64,000 nucleotides of DNA from a virus (lineage: Duplodnaviria; Heunggongvirae; Uroviricota; Caudoviricetes), in the IMG/VR virus record IMGVR_UViG_3300008108_000013. One strand, written 5' to 3'. Under the pieces are notes generated by a model. The model searched no databases, was not told the origin of the DNA, and was given only the letters and a program-made list of their open reading frames with translations. The translations under genes and the position numbers were made by a program. The first letter of the stretch is position 1. Each line of letters begins with the position of its first letter. Of this stretch, positions 11,612 to 20,528 are shown piece by piece.

Positions 11612-11640
11612 TTGACAAGCCCTGTTCTCACCTTTATACT
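11612..11640 (+). promoter_or_regulatory. Sigma70-type promoter overlapping an inverted repeat
   Basis: TTGACA-N17-TATACT. Confidence 0.75.
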
Positions 11641-11663
11641 TAGGTAGTAAAAAGGAGAATCTT

Positions 11664-11915
11664 ATGACCGAATACGAACAAAATATAGAAGTAATGAAAG
11701 ATCTGAGAAACAGGATTGATGCAGTATTAGCATCTAATAAGGTTCCTGAAGCAGAATATCGACACCCAGATCCTATAAAACACAAGTACGTTAGTTTTGC
11801 CAAAAGTGGTATTAGAATTGCGGCTGGTGTTGCGTTGTGTTACAGTATGTTCTGGTATGCAGGTAGTTTACTAATTCTAGCAGAAATTCTCGGTATAGCT
11901 GAAGAAGTAGTATGA
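11664..11915 (+). CDS. Hypothetical membrane protein
   Basis: AAGGAG RBS and C-terminal hydrophobic segments. Confidence 0.65.
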   Translation: MTEYEQNIEVMKDLRNRIDAVLASNKVPEAEYRHPDPIKHKYVSFAKSGIRIAAGVALCYSMFWYAGSLLILAEILGIAEEVV

Positions 11916-12358
11916 AAGTAGGTTTTACTTGTTCAACATTTGATCTGTTTCATGCTGGACATATTATTATGCTCAAAGAAGCTAAGGCACAATGCGATTA
12001 CTTAATCGTAGGACTACAAACAGATCCAACTATTGATCGTCCATTAGAAAAAAATAAACCTGTGCAAAGCATATTTGAAAGATATGTACAATTACAGGCC
12101 TGTAAGTATGTAGACGAAATAGTAGTATATGCTACGGAAAAAGATCTAGTGGATATCTTGCTTTCTTATCCTATAAATGTTAGAATATTAGGAGAAGAAT
12201 ATGAACACCGTGGATTTACCGGAAGACAAGAATGTATCACAAAAGGTATTAAGTTTTATTTTAACAAACGAGAACACACATTCTCTACAACTGAACTAAG
12301 ACAACGTGTAATCGATGCTGAAGCAGAAAAATTTATAGTAAAGGCAGAAAATAAATGA
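11912..12358 (+). CDS. Cytidylyltransferase (glycerol-3-phosphate cytidylyltransferase/TagD-like)
   Basis: FDLFHAGH (HxGH), YLIVGLQTD, ER..QL.ACKYVDE and FSTTELR motifs. Confidence 0.85.
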   Translation: MKVGFTCSTFDLFHAGHIIMLKEAKAQCDYLIVGLQTDPTIDRPLEKNKPVQSIFERYVQLQACKYVDEIVVYATEKDLVDILLSYPINVRILGEEYEHRGFTGRQECITKGIKFYFNKREHTFSTTELRQRVIDAEAEKFIVKAENK

Positions 12359-12630
12359 GTTTAGAACAAGCAAGTTTATGGTTAGTTGGATCAATCCTGT
12401 TCACTCTTGGTTCGATAGTATTACTATGTGGATTAGTGTTCATCAATAATATCGTACACAAACATTGGAAGCCTGTTACTATTTTTACAAGAGAGAGTTT
12501 CAGTATCTTCAGCGGTCATCATAACATGAGCGATAATTTATATTCTGTGAATCAAGAAGAATATGATCAACTGATCAAGCACTTAGAAACGATTCGTTTA
12601 AAAAAACAAACAACTGAGGCAACTAAATGA
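12355..12630 (+). CDS. Hypothetical membrane protein
   Basis: N-terminal TM helix. ATGA overlaps on both sides. Confidence 0.6.
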   Translation: MSLEQASLWLVGSILFTLGSIVLLCGLVFINNIVHKHWKPVTIFTRESFSIFSGHHNMSDNLYSVNQEEYDQLIKHLETIRLKKQTTEATK

Positions 12631-13541
12631 AAGAATTATGGGTAGAAAAATATCGTCCTAAAAAAATCGACGGATATGTTTTTAGAGATGCACACCAAAA
12701 AGAACAAGTTGAGCGTTGGGTCAAAGAAGGAACGATCCCGCATTTGTTATTCAGCGGTAATGCTGGCATTGGTAAAACAACACTGGCAAAAATATTGTTT
12801 AACGAATTAGATATCAATCCTTTAGACATATTAGAAATAAACGCATCAAGGACAAACTCTGTAGAAGATGTTCGCGATAAAATTGTTAACTTTGTCCAAA
12901 TGATTCCGTTTGGAGACTTTAAGGTGGTATTATTAGATGAAGCTGATTATCTTAGTCCGAATGCTCAAGCGGCGTTACGTGGGGTCATGGAAGAGTATCA
13001 TACAACTGCTCGTTTCATCCTCACCTGTAACTACCCTAATCGCATTATCCCTGCTTTACATTCACGATGTCAAGGATTTCACGTTGAGCGAACGGATATT
13101 ACTGAGTTTACCGCTCGTGTTGCTACTATTCTTGTTGAAGAGAATGTGGAGTTCGATCTGGACACGCTAGATACATTTGTTCGTGCTACATATCCGGATC
13201 TGCGTAAATGCATCAATATGGTACAAATGAACAGTATGGACGGTAAATTACACAGTCCAGAAAAAGGTGACACAGGCGAAGCTGACTATAAAATACAAAT
13301 GGTTGAACTGTTCAAAGCAGGTAAAATTAGCGAAGCTCGTAAATTAGTATGTAGTCAGGCACGGCCAGAAGAAATGGAAGAGATTTATCGTTGGCTTTAT
13401 GATAACATAGCAATTTTCGGGGATGAAGATCGACAGAATAAAGCTATCCTTATTATTAAACAAGGACTAGTTGACCACACATTGGTTATCGATCCAGAAA
13501 TTAATCTTGCGGCAACATTAATTAGATTGGCAGCTCTGTGA
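12627..13541 (+). CDS. Clamp loader AAA+ subunit (RFC small/T4 gp44-like)
   Basis: WVEKYRP, GNAGIGKT, LDEAD and SRC motifs. Confidence 0.93.
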   Translation: MKELWVEKYRPKKIDGYVFRDAHQKEQVERWVKEGTIPHLLFSGNAGIGKTTLAKILFNELDINPLDILEINASRTNSVEDVRDKIVNFVQMIPFGDFKVVLLDEADYLSPNAQAALRGVMEEYHTTARFILTCNYPNRIIPALHSRCQGFHVERTDITEFTARVATILVEENVEFDLDTLDTFVRATYPDLRKCINMVQMNSMDGKLHSPEKGDTGEADYKIQMVELFKAGKISEARKLVCSQARPEEMEEIYRWLYDNIAIFGDEDRQNKAILIIKQGLVDHTLVIDPEINLAATLIRLAAL

Positions 13542-14062
13542 AAACAAAATTAAAAAATGCGTACATGAAAACTGCGGCTACATTCGCAGAGCTTAGTCAT
13601 GCACAAAGATTACATGTAGGTGCTATTGTTGTTAAAGATGACAGGATTATTAGTATTGGCTATAATGGAATGCCTGCAGGTTGGGACAACAACTGTGAAA
13701 ATCGAGAATACATGAGTAGAGATGCAGGCGGTTGGCTGAATCCTGATGAAATTGAAGAGCAGTGGCCTTTTACAGATTGGTGTGACCTTGATCAAGCATT
13801 TACTAAAAGGTATCGTTTAAAAACTAAACCGGAGGTACTACATGCTGAAACAAACGCTATCGCAAAATTGGCTCGCAGTACTGAGTCTGGGCTTGGTGCT
13901 GATATTTTCATTACTCACGCTCCTTGCCTCGATTGCGCCAAACTTATCTATCAGTCTGGGATTAATCGTGTTTACTATGGTGAAAACTATAGAGATGATG
14001 CGGGGATCAAATTTCTCCAAGCGTCGGGAATAACTGTAGAACAAATAGAAAAGGGCTCTTAG
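13538..14062 (+). CDS. dCMP deaminase
   Basis: SIGYNG, HAETNAI and PCLDCAK Zn motifs. Confidence 0.92.
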   Translation: MKTKLKNAYMKTAATFAELSHAQRLHVGAIVVKDDRIISIGYNGMPAGWDNNCENREYMSRDAGGWLNPDEIEEQWPFTDWCDLDQAFTKRYRLKTKPEVLHAETNAIAKLARSTESGLGADIFITHAPCLDCAKLIYQSGINRVYYGENYRDDAGIKFLQASGITVEQIEKGS

Positions 14063-14075
14063 GAGCCCTTTTTCT
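14049..14075. terminator. Bidirectional intrinsic terminator
   Basis: AAAAGGGCTC-TTAG-GAGCCCTTTT between the convergent dCMP deaminase and phoH genes. Confidence 0.85.
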
Positions 14076-14791
14076 TAACTATCGCCGTAAATTTCTAACA
14101 CCTCCTTGACGGCTTCATGTCTTTCAATATCCTTAGCATCAAATTGTACAATGTCAATATGTTTGTAGGCATTCCCTCCTAATAGACTACAAAAGTCAAT
14201 CAGACCATTATCTTTTAATCGATCTGCTTGTGCTAGGTCTCCTGTTACTACCATTTTAGATCCTTCTCCTAAACGTGTTAGTAACATCTTCATCTGATTC
14301 TGTGTGGCATTTTGCATTTCATCTGCAACAATGTATGCGTTCTTAAACGTACGGCCACGCATATAGGCTAACGGTGATATCTCTATAGTGCCCTCCTCTA
14401 GCATCTTTGTGATATCTTTCTTTTGATAATACTCTCCAAAAACGTCAAAAATAGGTCTTGTCCACGGTGCCATCTTTTCATTCAAGTCACCTGGTAAGAA
14501 TCCTAAGTCTTCATCTACGGAAACGGCGGGTCTAGTAACAATGATCTTGTCAACTATACCTTCCTGAAAAAGTTTAATACCATGCTGTACAGCAATCATG
14601 GTTTTACCCGTACCGGCTGGCCCGATAGCAAAAACTATGCTTTTTTCTTCGTCTTGTAATTTTTGCAAATAGAGCTTTTGGTTGGGATTGCGAGCCTGTA
14701 TAAAAACTCGCTGTTTTCTCTGCGGAAGATATGGTTCAAAATCAATTACTTTAACTTCTGATGTAAAGCGTTTCTTCACTCTTTTACTCAT
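14075..14791 (-). CDS. phoH: PhoH family ATPase
   Basis: GPAGTGKT, AYMRGRTF, DEMQN and TRLG..SKMVVTGD motifs. Confidence 0.95.
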   Translation of the reverse strand: MSKRVKKRFTSEVKVIDFEPYLPQRKQRVFIQARNPNQKLYLQKLQDEEKSIVFAIGPAGTGKTMIAVQHGIKLFQEGIVDKIIVTRPAVSVDEDLGFLPGDLNEKMAPWTRPIFDVFGEYYQKKDITKMLEEGTIEISPLAYMRGRTFKNAYIVADEMQNATQNQMKMLLTRLGEGSKMVVTGDLAQADRLKDNGLIDFCSLLGGNAYKHIDIVQFDAKDIERHEAVKEVLEIYGDS

Positions 14792-14946
14792 CTAGGTTAG
14801 CTCCTACTATAAAAGCAGGACTTGTAGCGACCGCCCGGAAAACTACAGAGGTCCTACAAAAATATTTAACCTCTACGCTAAAAAGTAAACTGTTATGTTA
14901 TGATTTTGATCCAGCTAAATAAGTATAGAATATTCTGGAACCCAAC

Positions 14947-15540
14947 ATGTACGATATTTTAGACATTATTAGGAACGTTAGCGATCTTTACGAAAACAAC
15001 TCAAGTCTTGCTGTACTAAAAGACTTTGAACGTGTTATCGACGAGCTAGACATTTATGCCTACGAAAACTGGGAGGACGGCGAACTATGCTACGGCCCAC
15101 AGGTTGACCGTCATTGGATCACAGCAGGATTTATGTGGCCAAAGGAAAAGATGCCTAATCCAATAGCCGCTAAACGATTACAAGATCTAGGGTGCAAGAT
15201 CAAATACGAGCGCAGTCACTTAGTTGAGCCAAGAGAAATTAAAAGTCCTGACGATTATCGTCCTGGAACTAAAAAAGGTAAACTAGATCGAAAACCTATT
15301 TGGATTGTTGAAATACAGATGCCTAAAAAAGTTGCGTTTGATATGTATCGAGGATACATGGAAAAGATGAAGAACGAACATCAGTCAACTGAAGAAAACA
15401 AAACAGGAAGTTCGGCTCCTAGTGCAATGGCAGCTCCGATGCCGGCTGCACCGATGCCGGCAGCAGGTGGAATGCCTGGAGCACCGGCAGGTGGAATGCC
15501 TGGAGCACCGGCAGGTGGCGCTCCTATGCCAACTGCGTAA
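14947..15540 (+). CDS. Hypothetical protein with Pro/Ala/Gly/Met-rich tail
   Basis: 197-aa ORF downstream of TAAATA (14916-14921). Confidence 0.7.
   Translation: MYDILDIIRNVSDLYENNSSLAVLKDFERVIDELDIYAYENWEDGELCYGPQVDRHWITAGFMWPKEKMPNPIAAKRLQDLGCKIKYERSHLVEPREIKSPDDYRPGTKKGKLDRKPIWIVEIQMPKKVAFDMYRGYMEKMKNEHQSTEENKTGSSAPSAMAAPMPAAPMPAAGGMPGAPAGGMPGAPAGGAPMPTA
15463..15518 (+). repeat. 24-nt coding tandem repeat (AGGMPGAP)
   Basis: GCAGGTGGAATGCCTGGAGCACCG twice plus a partial third copy. Confidence 0.9.
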
Positions 15541-15548
15541 GGAATATT

Positions 15549-16277
15549 ATGATTAACGAAAGCCTAAGAGAATACGATCTAAGAAATTTTGTCAGCAGAA
15601 TTGTTGAGATTGATTCTTTCAAAAGTAAAATCGGAGATGACGAAGATATTATTGTTATCGCTTTTACTGTCGATCACGAAGATCCTGCAAAAGATTTAGA
15701 AAACTTTATCGAAATGGGTTACGATTTTGTTCTGGATGCAGATGTTAGTCCAGGTGAACTCGATGACGGTACTTACAAAGTCTATGTCGAATTTGAAAGA
15801 ACAAGACATGCCGCAGATCAAATTAGAGAAGTCTTAGACGGTGTAGAAAAAATTACAGGCATCGACAACTTTAAATTTCGATATTTTAAAAGTTTTAAAA
15901 GTCAAGATGCTACTCTAGAAAATCTCGAAACATCTATACCTAAAGATAAAGAGTCATATCGCATATCTACTCAAAGAAATAAACTTGAAAACTTTCAAGA
16001 ATTTTTTATTAACAGTTTTGCCGAGGAAATAAAACTATTAGACGAATCAATTAGTTTTAAGAAAATTTTCGGCGACACTATAAAGTTTAAAATTGTAACT
16101 AGTGGAACAAAACAAGATGTTTATGAAGCAGTTAAAGGCCCTATCGTTTTAGAAAACAAAGACATGGCTGAGGTTATGTTTTTAACCAAGTACATTGGTA
16201 ACTACAACATTACCAAGGTTGGTAATGTTTTTATTTTTGAAAACAGCAACTACGCTGTAGTTTTGGAGAAACAATAA
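15549..16277 (+). CDS. Hypothetical protein
   Basis: 242-aa ORF with AAGGA RBS. Confidence 0.7.
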   Translation: MINESLREYDLRNFVSRIVEIDSFKSKIGDDEDIIVIAFTVDHEDPAKDLENFIEMGYDFVLDADVSPGELDDGTYKVYVEFERTRHAADQIREVLDGVEKITGIDNFKFRYFKSFKSQDATLENLETSIPKDKESYRISTQRNKLENFQEFFINSFAEEIKLLDESISFKKIFGDTIKFKIVTSGTKQDVYEAVKGPIVLENKDMAEVMFLTKYIGNYNITKVGNVFIFENSNYAVVLEKQ

Positions 16278-16903
16278 TGAGTTTTAAATTCGACTTTAAA
16301 AAAGAACACTTAGCAGAAATGATCAAAGGCAATCCGTATGTCGATCAATGGTATGATGCAGTATCTCAAATTCTTCCTGAATATGAAATTAATACTCCAC
16401 AACGTGTTGCGGCCTTCATTGCCCAGTGTGCTCATGAGTCAGGCGGGTTTAAATTCTTAAAAGAAAACTTAAATTATAAAGCAGAAAGTTTAGTAAAAGT
16501 TTTTCCTAAATACTTTAAAACACTAGACGAAGCACGAGCATACGAAAAGCAACCAGCTAAGATTGCTAATAGAATCTACGGTAATCGTATGGGCAACGGT
16601 GACGAAGCAAGCGGTGATGGCTTCCGTTACTGCGGTCGTGGTCTAATTCAATTAACTGGTAAAGAAAACTATACATGGTTTGCTGCCAGCTTAGAAATTC
16701 CTGTAGAAGAAGCAGCCGAATATCTAGAAACATTTGAAGGTGCTGTACAATCAGCTTGCTGGTTCTGGGAAACAAATAATTTAAACCAGTGGGCCGATAA
16801 AGGCGATATCCTAACACTAACAAAACGCATTAACGGCGGTACTATTGGTTTAGAAGATCGCATCAAGCATTATAACCACGCATTACATGTTTTAGGAATC
16901 TAA
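16277..16903 (+). CDS. Glycoside hydrolase family 19 endolysin
   Basis: AAFIAQCAHESGGF, GRGLIQLTGKENY and INGGTIGLEDR motifs. Confidence 0.92.
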   Translation: MSFKFDFKKEHLAEMIKGNPYVDQWYDAVSQILPEYEINTPQRVAAFIAQCAHESGGFKFLKENLNYKAESLVKVFPKYFKTLDEARAYEKQPAKIANRIYGNRMGNGDEASGDGFRYCGRGLIQLTGKENYTWFAASLEIPVEEAAEYLETFEGAVQSACWFWETNNLNQWADKGDILTLTKRINGGTIGLEDRIKHYNHALHVLGI

Positions 16904-16904
16904 T

Positions 16905-17375
16905 ATGTTTTGGCTAATGAGTTGGATTCCTGATAGTGTTCTTGTTTATGCGGTTAATATTTTATTAGTTGCTGGAGCTGTTAGTGCATTTTTATCCTTC
17001 TTCATTATCCACCGTGTTGTTCGTTGGTTTCCTGCACTTGCACCTTATCATCTAATACTACAAATCATCAGTGCTGTGTTACTTGTAGCTGGTCTTTATT
17101 TTAAAGGCGGATACGGTGTTGAAATGGCATGGCGAGAACGTGTAGCGGAACTCGAAGCTAAGGTCAAAGAGTCAGAAGAAAAGGCTAAACAGATCAATGA
17201 AAAAATAGTTGTACAATATAAGGATCGAGTAAAAGTAATAACCGATACTAAAGTAATTGTACAAGAAAAGATCAAGGAAGTTGAAAAAGTAGTAGATGCA
17301 CAATGTAAGGTAACTCCGGAGGCTGTTAATATTTTAAATGAGGCGGCCAAAAAACCCGAAAGGACTAAAGAATGA
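16905..17375 (+). CDS. Inner-membrane spanin (Rz-like)
   Basis: N-terminal TM helices plus a coiled coil, directly after the endolysin and overlapping a lipoprotein gene. Confidence 0.7.
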   Translation: MFWLMSWIPDSVLVYAVNILLVAGAVSAFLSFFIIHRVVRWFPALAPYHLILQIISAVLLVAGLYFKGGYGVEMAWRERVAELEAKVKESEEKAKQINEKIVVQYKDRVKVITDTKVIVQEKIKEVEKVVDAQCKVTPEAVNILNEAAKKPERTKE

Positions 17376-17638
17376 GATACCTATTAATTTTAACTTCTGT
17401 GATTTTACTATCGGGCTGTATCGCTACACCTGTTAAAAGAACATTCCCAGAAGCACCTAAAGAATTATTAGAATTGTGCCCTAATTTAAAAGAAGTACCG
17501 GCAGGTACTGAGAAGTTTAGTGAAGTGTTAAAGATAGTTACTGAAAATTACAGCCAATACCACGAATGTCAATTTAAAAACGAATTGTGGAAAGAGTGGT
17601 ACGATACACAAAAGCAAAATTTCGACAGCGTAAAATAA
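17372..17638 (+). CDS. Outer-membrane spanin (Rz1-like lipoprotein)
   Basis: Signal peptide with LSGC lipobox, Pro-rich segment FPEAP, additional Cys. Confidence 0.78.
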   Translation: MRYLLILTSVILLSGCIATPVKRTFPEAPKELLELCPNLKEVPAGTEKFSEVLKIVTENYSQYHECQFKNELWKEWYDTQKQNFDSVK

Positions 17639-17650
17639 GTGAGATATAAA

Positions 17651-17893
17651 ATGGGATTGCTACACAGTATGTTTACCGATGGTACTGATGACGGAATTAG
17701 TAGCAAAAGAGCTGTGACTGTTGCGGCTTTCTTACTGTGTGCGGCTGGATTTATCGGGGATTTAGTCTGGGATAAGAAAGTAGACCCTAACGTGTATGAA
17801 GCTATGATGTACATTGTTATTGCAGGGCTAGGATTTACAGCATCCGAAAAGTTTTCTAGACCAAAAAAAGATAGCGAAAATAACAACAAATAG
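17651..17893 (+). CDS. Holin-like small membrane protein
   Basis: Two hydrophobic helices and a charged C-terminus, within the lysis cassette. Confidence 0.5.
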   Translation: MGLLHSMFTDGTDDGISSKRAVTVAAFLLCAAGFIGDLVWDKKVDPNVYEAMMYIVIAGLGFTASEKFSRPKKDSENNNK

Positions 17894-17960
17894 TTGAGCG
17901 TATTTTTATCCAAATTTTGGGTAAATAAGTTTGTAGTTAATGTTCGAGAGAAGGAGCGCA

Positions 17961-18242
17961 ATGAACGCAGATCTAAAATTATTCAAGTGGGTAGTATTTC
18001 TACTAGCACTACCCTTGGGCTTAGCCATATTTGGTGGAGATAGTTTCCGCTATCCTTGCCAGAATCCTGCAAACTGGGATAAAGATATGTGCAAATTACC
18101 TTTATGCGATGTAACTAGAACATGTCCAGAACATATTTTTAAAGGTGGCAGAGACCCTAGATTAGGACCTCCCAAAGACGGGGAAGTATCTCTAGCAACA
18201 AAACCAACTCCAGTAACACTAGATAATAAAGGATGCAAATAA
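17961..18242 (+). CDS. Small Cys-rich membrane-anchored protein
   Basis: AAGGAG RBS, TM segment, then RYPCQNP..W....CK.P.C...TCPE. Confidence 0.65.
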   Translation: MNADLKLFKWVVFLLALPLGLAIFGGDSFRYPCQNPANWDKDMCKLPLCDVTRTCPEHIFKGGRDPRLGPPKDGEVSLATKPTPVTLDNKGCK

Positions 18243-18790
18243 TGGAACTGTTATCAAGATTTAAAAAAGAGGATAAAGATACAGGAGAACACTTTATCTA
18301 TACTGAAGAGCAGTTAATGGCTCGACTAAAGTTCTTCATAGGTATTTGTTTAGCACTAACATTAACAGGAATTGTTTTTGTTGTTCTTTATTCGATTATT
18401 TTTGTTACACAGCCTTTAAATGCCATTAGCCCAATCGATCAAAAGTTTTTTGAATTGATTATTCCTATCGCTACTTTCTTAACAGGAACTTTATCAGGTA
18501 TTATGCTTGCTGGTAACGATAAGGATGCTAAAATGAAAGCCTTAGAGGCAGCAACAAGAGCTCCTACTGTAAGTTCAGCTCCATCAAGCACACCACCGTC
18601 ATCAGGTGGAGGATTTAGTGCTAGTGCTAGTTTCGGAGGTGCTAACCTAAGTTTTAATAAACCTGCAACTACTAGTGCATTCGGTGCACCAACTGCACCA
18701 ACTAGTCCGTTTGGCGCGGCAGCACCGGCACCGACGATGAGTAGCACAGGAAAATTAATGCCTGTACAACCAGAACAACCAGAACTCTAA
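18242..18790 (+). CDS. Two-TM membrane protein with S/A/P-rich tail
   Basis: Two hydrophobic helices. TAATG coupling with upstream gene. Confidence 0.65.
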   Translation: MELLSRFKKEDKDTGEHFIYTEEQLMARLKFFIGICLALTLTGIVFVVLYSIIFVTQPLNAISPIDQKFFELIIPIATFLTGTLSGIMLAGNDKDAKMKALEAATRAPTVSSAPSSTPPSSGGGFSASASFGGANLSFNKPATTSAFGAPTAPTSPFGAAAPAPTMSSTGKLMPVQPEQPEL

Positions 18791-18804
18791 AAGGAGATTT
18801 AAAT

Positions 18805-18918
18805 ATGTTAGAAACACTTTTTTGGCTAGCATTAGGCGCATTTATTGGATGGAATTTTCCACAGCCAGAATTCGCAAAAACTATACAGGCTAAAATTTTA
18901 GCCTCATTTAAAAAATAA
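18805..18918 (+). CDS. 37-aa membrane peptide (below ORF-track cutoff)
   Basis: AAGGAG at 18791-18796. Translates MLETLFWLALGAFIGWNFPQPEFAKTIQAKILASFKK. Confidence 0.7.
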   Translation: MLETLFWLALGAFIGWNFPQPEFAKTIQAKILASFKK

Positions 18919-18929
18919 GGAAAAAAAAT

Positions 18930-19154
18930 ATGAAACAATTATTAGCACTAGTAATGGCAGCATCATTCGCTACTGTTGCAATGGCAGCAGATGAGCCAGC
19001 TAAACCAGAAACAAAGAAAGTTTGTGTAATGCAGAAAGATGCTAAAACAGGTAAAGATAAAGAAGTTTGCAAAACAATAAAGGTACATCAGAAACACGAA
19101 GGCACTAAAGTTCCAGAAAAGGCACCTGCCAAGAAGGACGAAAAGAAAAAGTAA
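18930..19154 (+). CDS. Small secreted Lys-rich protein
   Basis: Sec-type signal MKQLLALVMAASFATVAMA, a Cys pair, AAGGA RBS. Confidence 0.7.
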   Translation: MKQLLALVMAASFATVAMAADEPAKPETKKVCVMQKDAKTGKDKEVCKTIKVHQKHEGTKVPEKAPAKKDEKKK

Positions 19155-19169
19155 TTTTTTACCAAACTC

Positions 19170-19198
19170 TTGACAGGTCAAGCCTAGTATAGTATAAT
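19170..19198 (+). promoter_or_regulatory. Consensus sigma70 promoter upstream of dnaJ
   Basis: TTGACA-N17-TATAAT. Confidence 0.85.
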
Positions 19199-19228
19199 TA
19201 CTATATTACTTGACCTGTTTTTACGACC

Positions 19229-20062
19229 ATGAGTGACTATTATCAAACATTAGGATTAAAGCCAGATGCTACGCCAGACCAAATTAAAAAGGCGTATCGT
19301 AGTCTGGCTATGAAGCACCATCCTGATCGAGGAGGTGACCAATCTAAATTCAAAGATATTAGTGTAGCCTACGAAACACTTAGTGATCCACAAAAGAAAT
19401 CCGAATATGATCAAATGAGATCAGGTGGTCAGCAGTTTAGATTTAGATCAGGAGGATTCCAAGACTTCAACGACATCTTTGGAGGAATGGGTGGACCGTT
19501 CGGAGATATATTTGGACGGCAAATAAGAAAGAATCGAGATCTCAATATTCAATGTCAAATTTCTTTATTAGATTCTTTCAACGGTAAACAAATTGAAGCA
19601 AACTATACTCTTCCTAGCGGAAAACCACAGACAGTAATAATTAATATTCCTCCTGGTATAAGTCACGGCGAAACGATACGCTATCAAGGATTAGGTGATG
19701 ATAGCGTACCTAATTTGCCTAGAGGTAGCCTAAACGTAACTATTATAGTACAACCAGATCAAAATTATCGAAGAGAAAATGACGATTTATATACTACAGT
19801 ATATGTTAATCCAATTGAAGCCATTATTGGTTGTAGAAAGCAAGTAAAACACCTTGATGGGTCTGACAGAGATGTTGATATCAGACCGGGCATCGAATCC
19901 GGTATAGAATATGCCTCGGCAAATCATGGTTTCCGAAATCCGCATACTGGCCGAAAAGGAAAATTTGTAATAGTTGTTGTTATCAGGACTCCAAAGATTA
20001 CAGATCCACATTTAATACAAAAGCTCAAGGATCTCAACAATGAAATTAACACTAGATCCTGA
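19229..20062 (+). CDS. dnaJ: DnaJ-class co-chaperone lacking the Zn finger (CbpA-like)
   Basis: J-domain DYY..LG...IKKAYR.LA...HPD, G/F region, DnaJ C-terminal domain. Confidence 0.92.
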   Translation: MSDYYQTLGLKPDATPDQIKKAYRSLAMKHHPDRGGDQSKFKDISVAYETLSDPQKKSEYDQMRSGGQQFRFRSGGFQDFNDIFGGMGGPFGDIFGRQIRKNRDLNIQCQISLLDSFNGKQIEANYTLPSGKPQTVIINIPPGISHGETIRYQGLGDDSVPNLPRGSLNVTIIVQPDQNYRRENDDLYTTVYVNPIEAIIGCRKQVKHLDGSDRDVDIRPGIESGIEYASANHGFRNPHTGRKGKFVIVVVIRTPKITDPHLIQKLKDLNNEINTRS

Positions 20063-20528
20063 TCCAATTTTAAAACAACGTGCAGTAGAATGGAATTTTT
20101 CCATAGATACTAACGCCGAAGAAGTTGAACAAGAAATGATTAAAATCATGGAATCATTTCGAGGACGCGGTCTTGCTGGAAATCAAGTCAGTTTACTCAA
20201 ACGTGTATTTGTTATAAAATTAGAAAGCACAGGCCAAACTGTCGGAATGTTTAATCCTGAAATTGTAAAACAAGACGATATGGATATATCAGCAGAAGAA
20301 GGATGTTTAAGTTTTCCAAATCTCTGGCTAGATGTTAAACGTCCAAAAACTATTGATATCAAATACTTTGACAAGCAAGGAACAGAATGTATAATGTCAT
20401 TATCTGGCATCGATGCTAGATGTTTTTTACACGAATTAGATCATTTAAACGGAATTACATTTACCGATAAAGTAAGCCAAATGAAATTAATTTTGGCAAG
20501 AAAAAAGCAAAGGAAAATTAAATGGTAG
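20040..20528 (+). CDS. def: Peptide deformylase
   Basis: GLAGNQ, EGCLS and HELDH motifs. Confidence 0.93.
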   Translation: MKLTLDPDPILKQRAVEWNFSIDTNAEEVEQEMIKIMESFRGRGLAGNQVSLLKRVFVIKLESTGQTVGMFNPEIVKQDDMDISAEEGCLSFPNLWLDVKRPKTIDIKYFDKQGTECIMSLSGIDARCFLHELDHLNGITFTDKVSQMKLILARKKQRKIKW

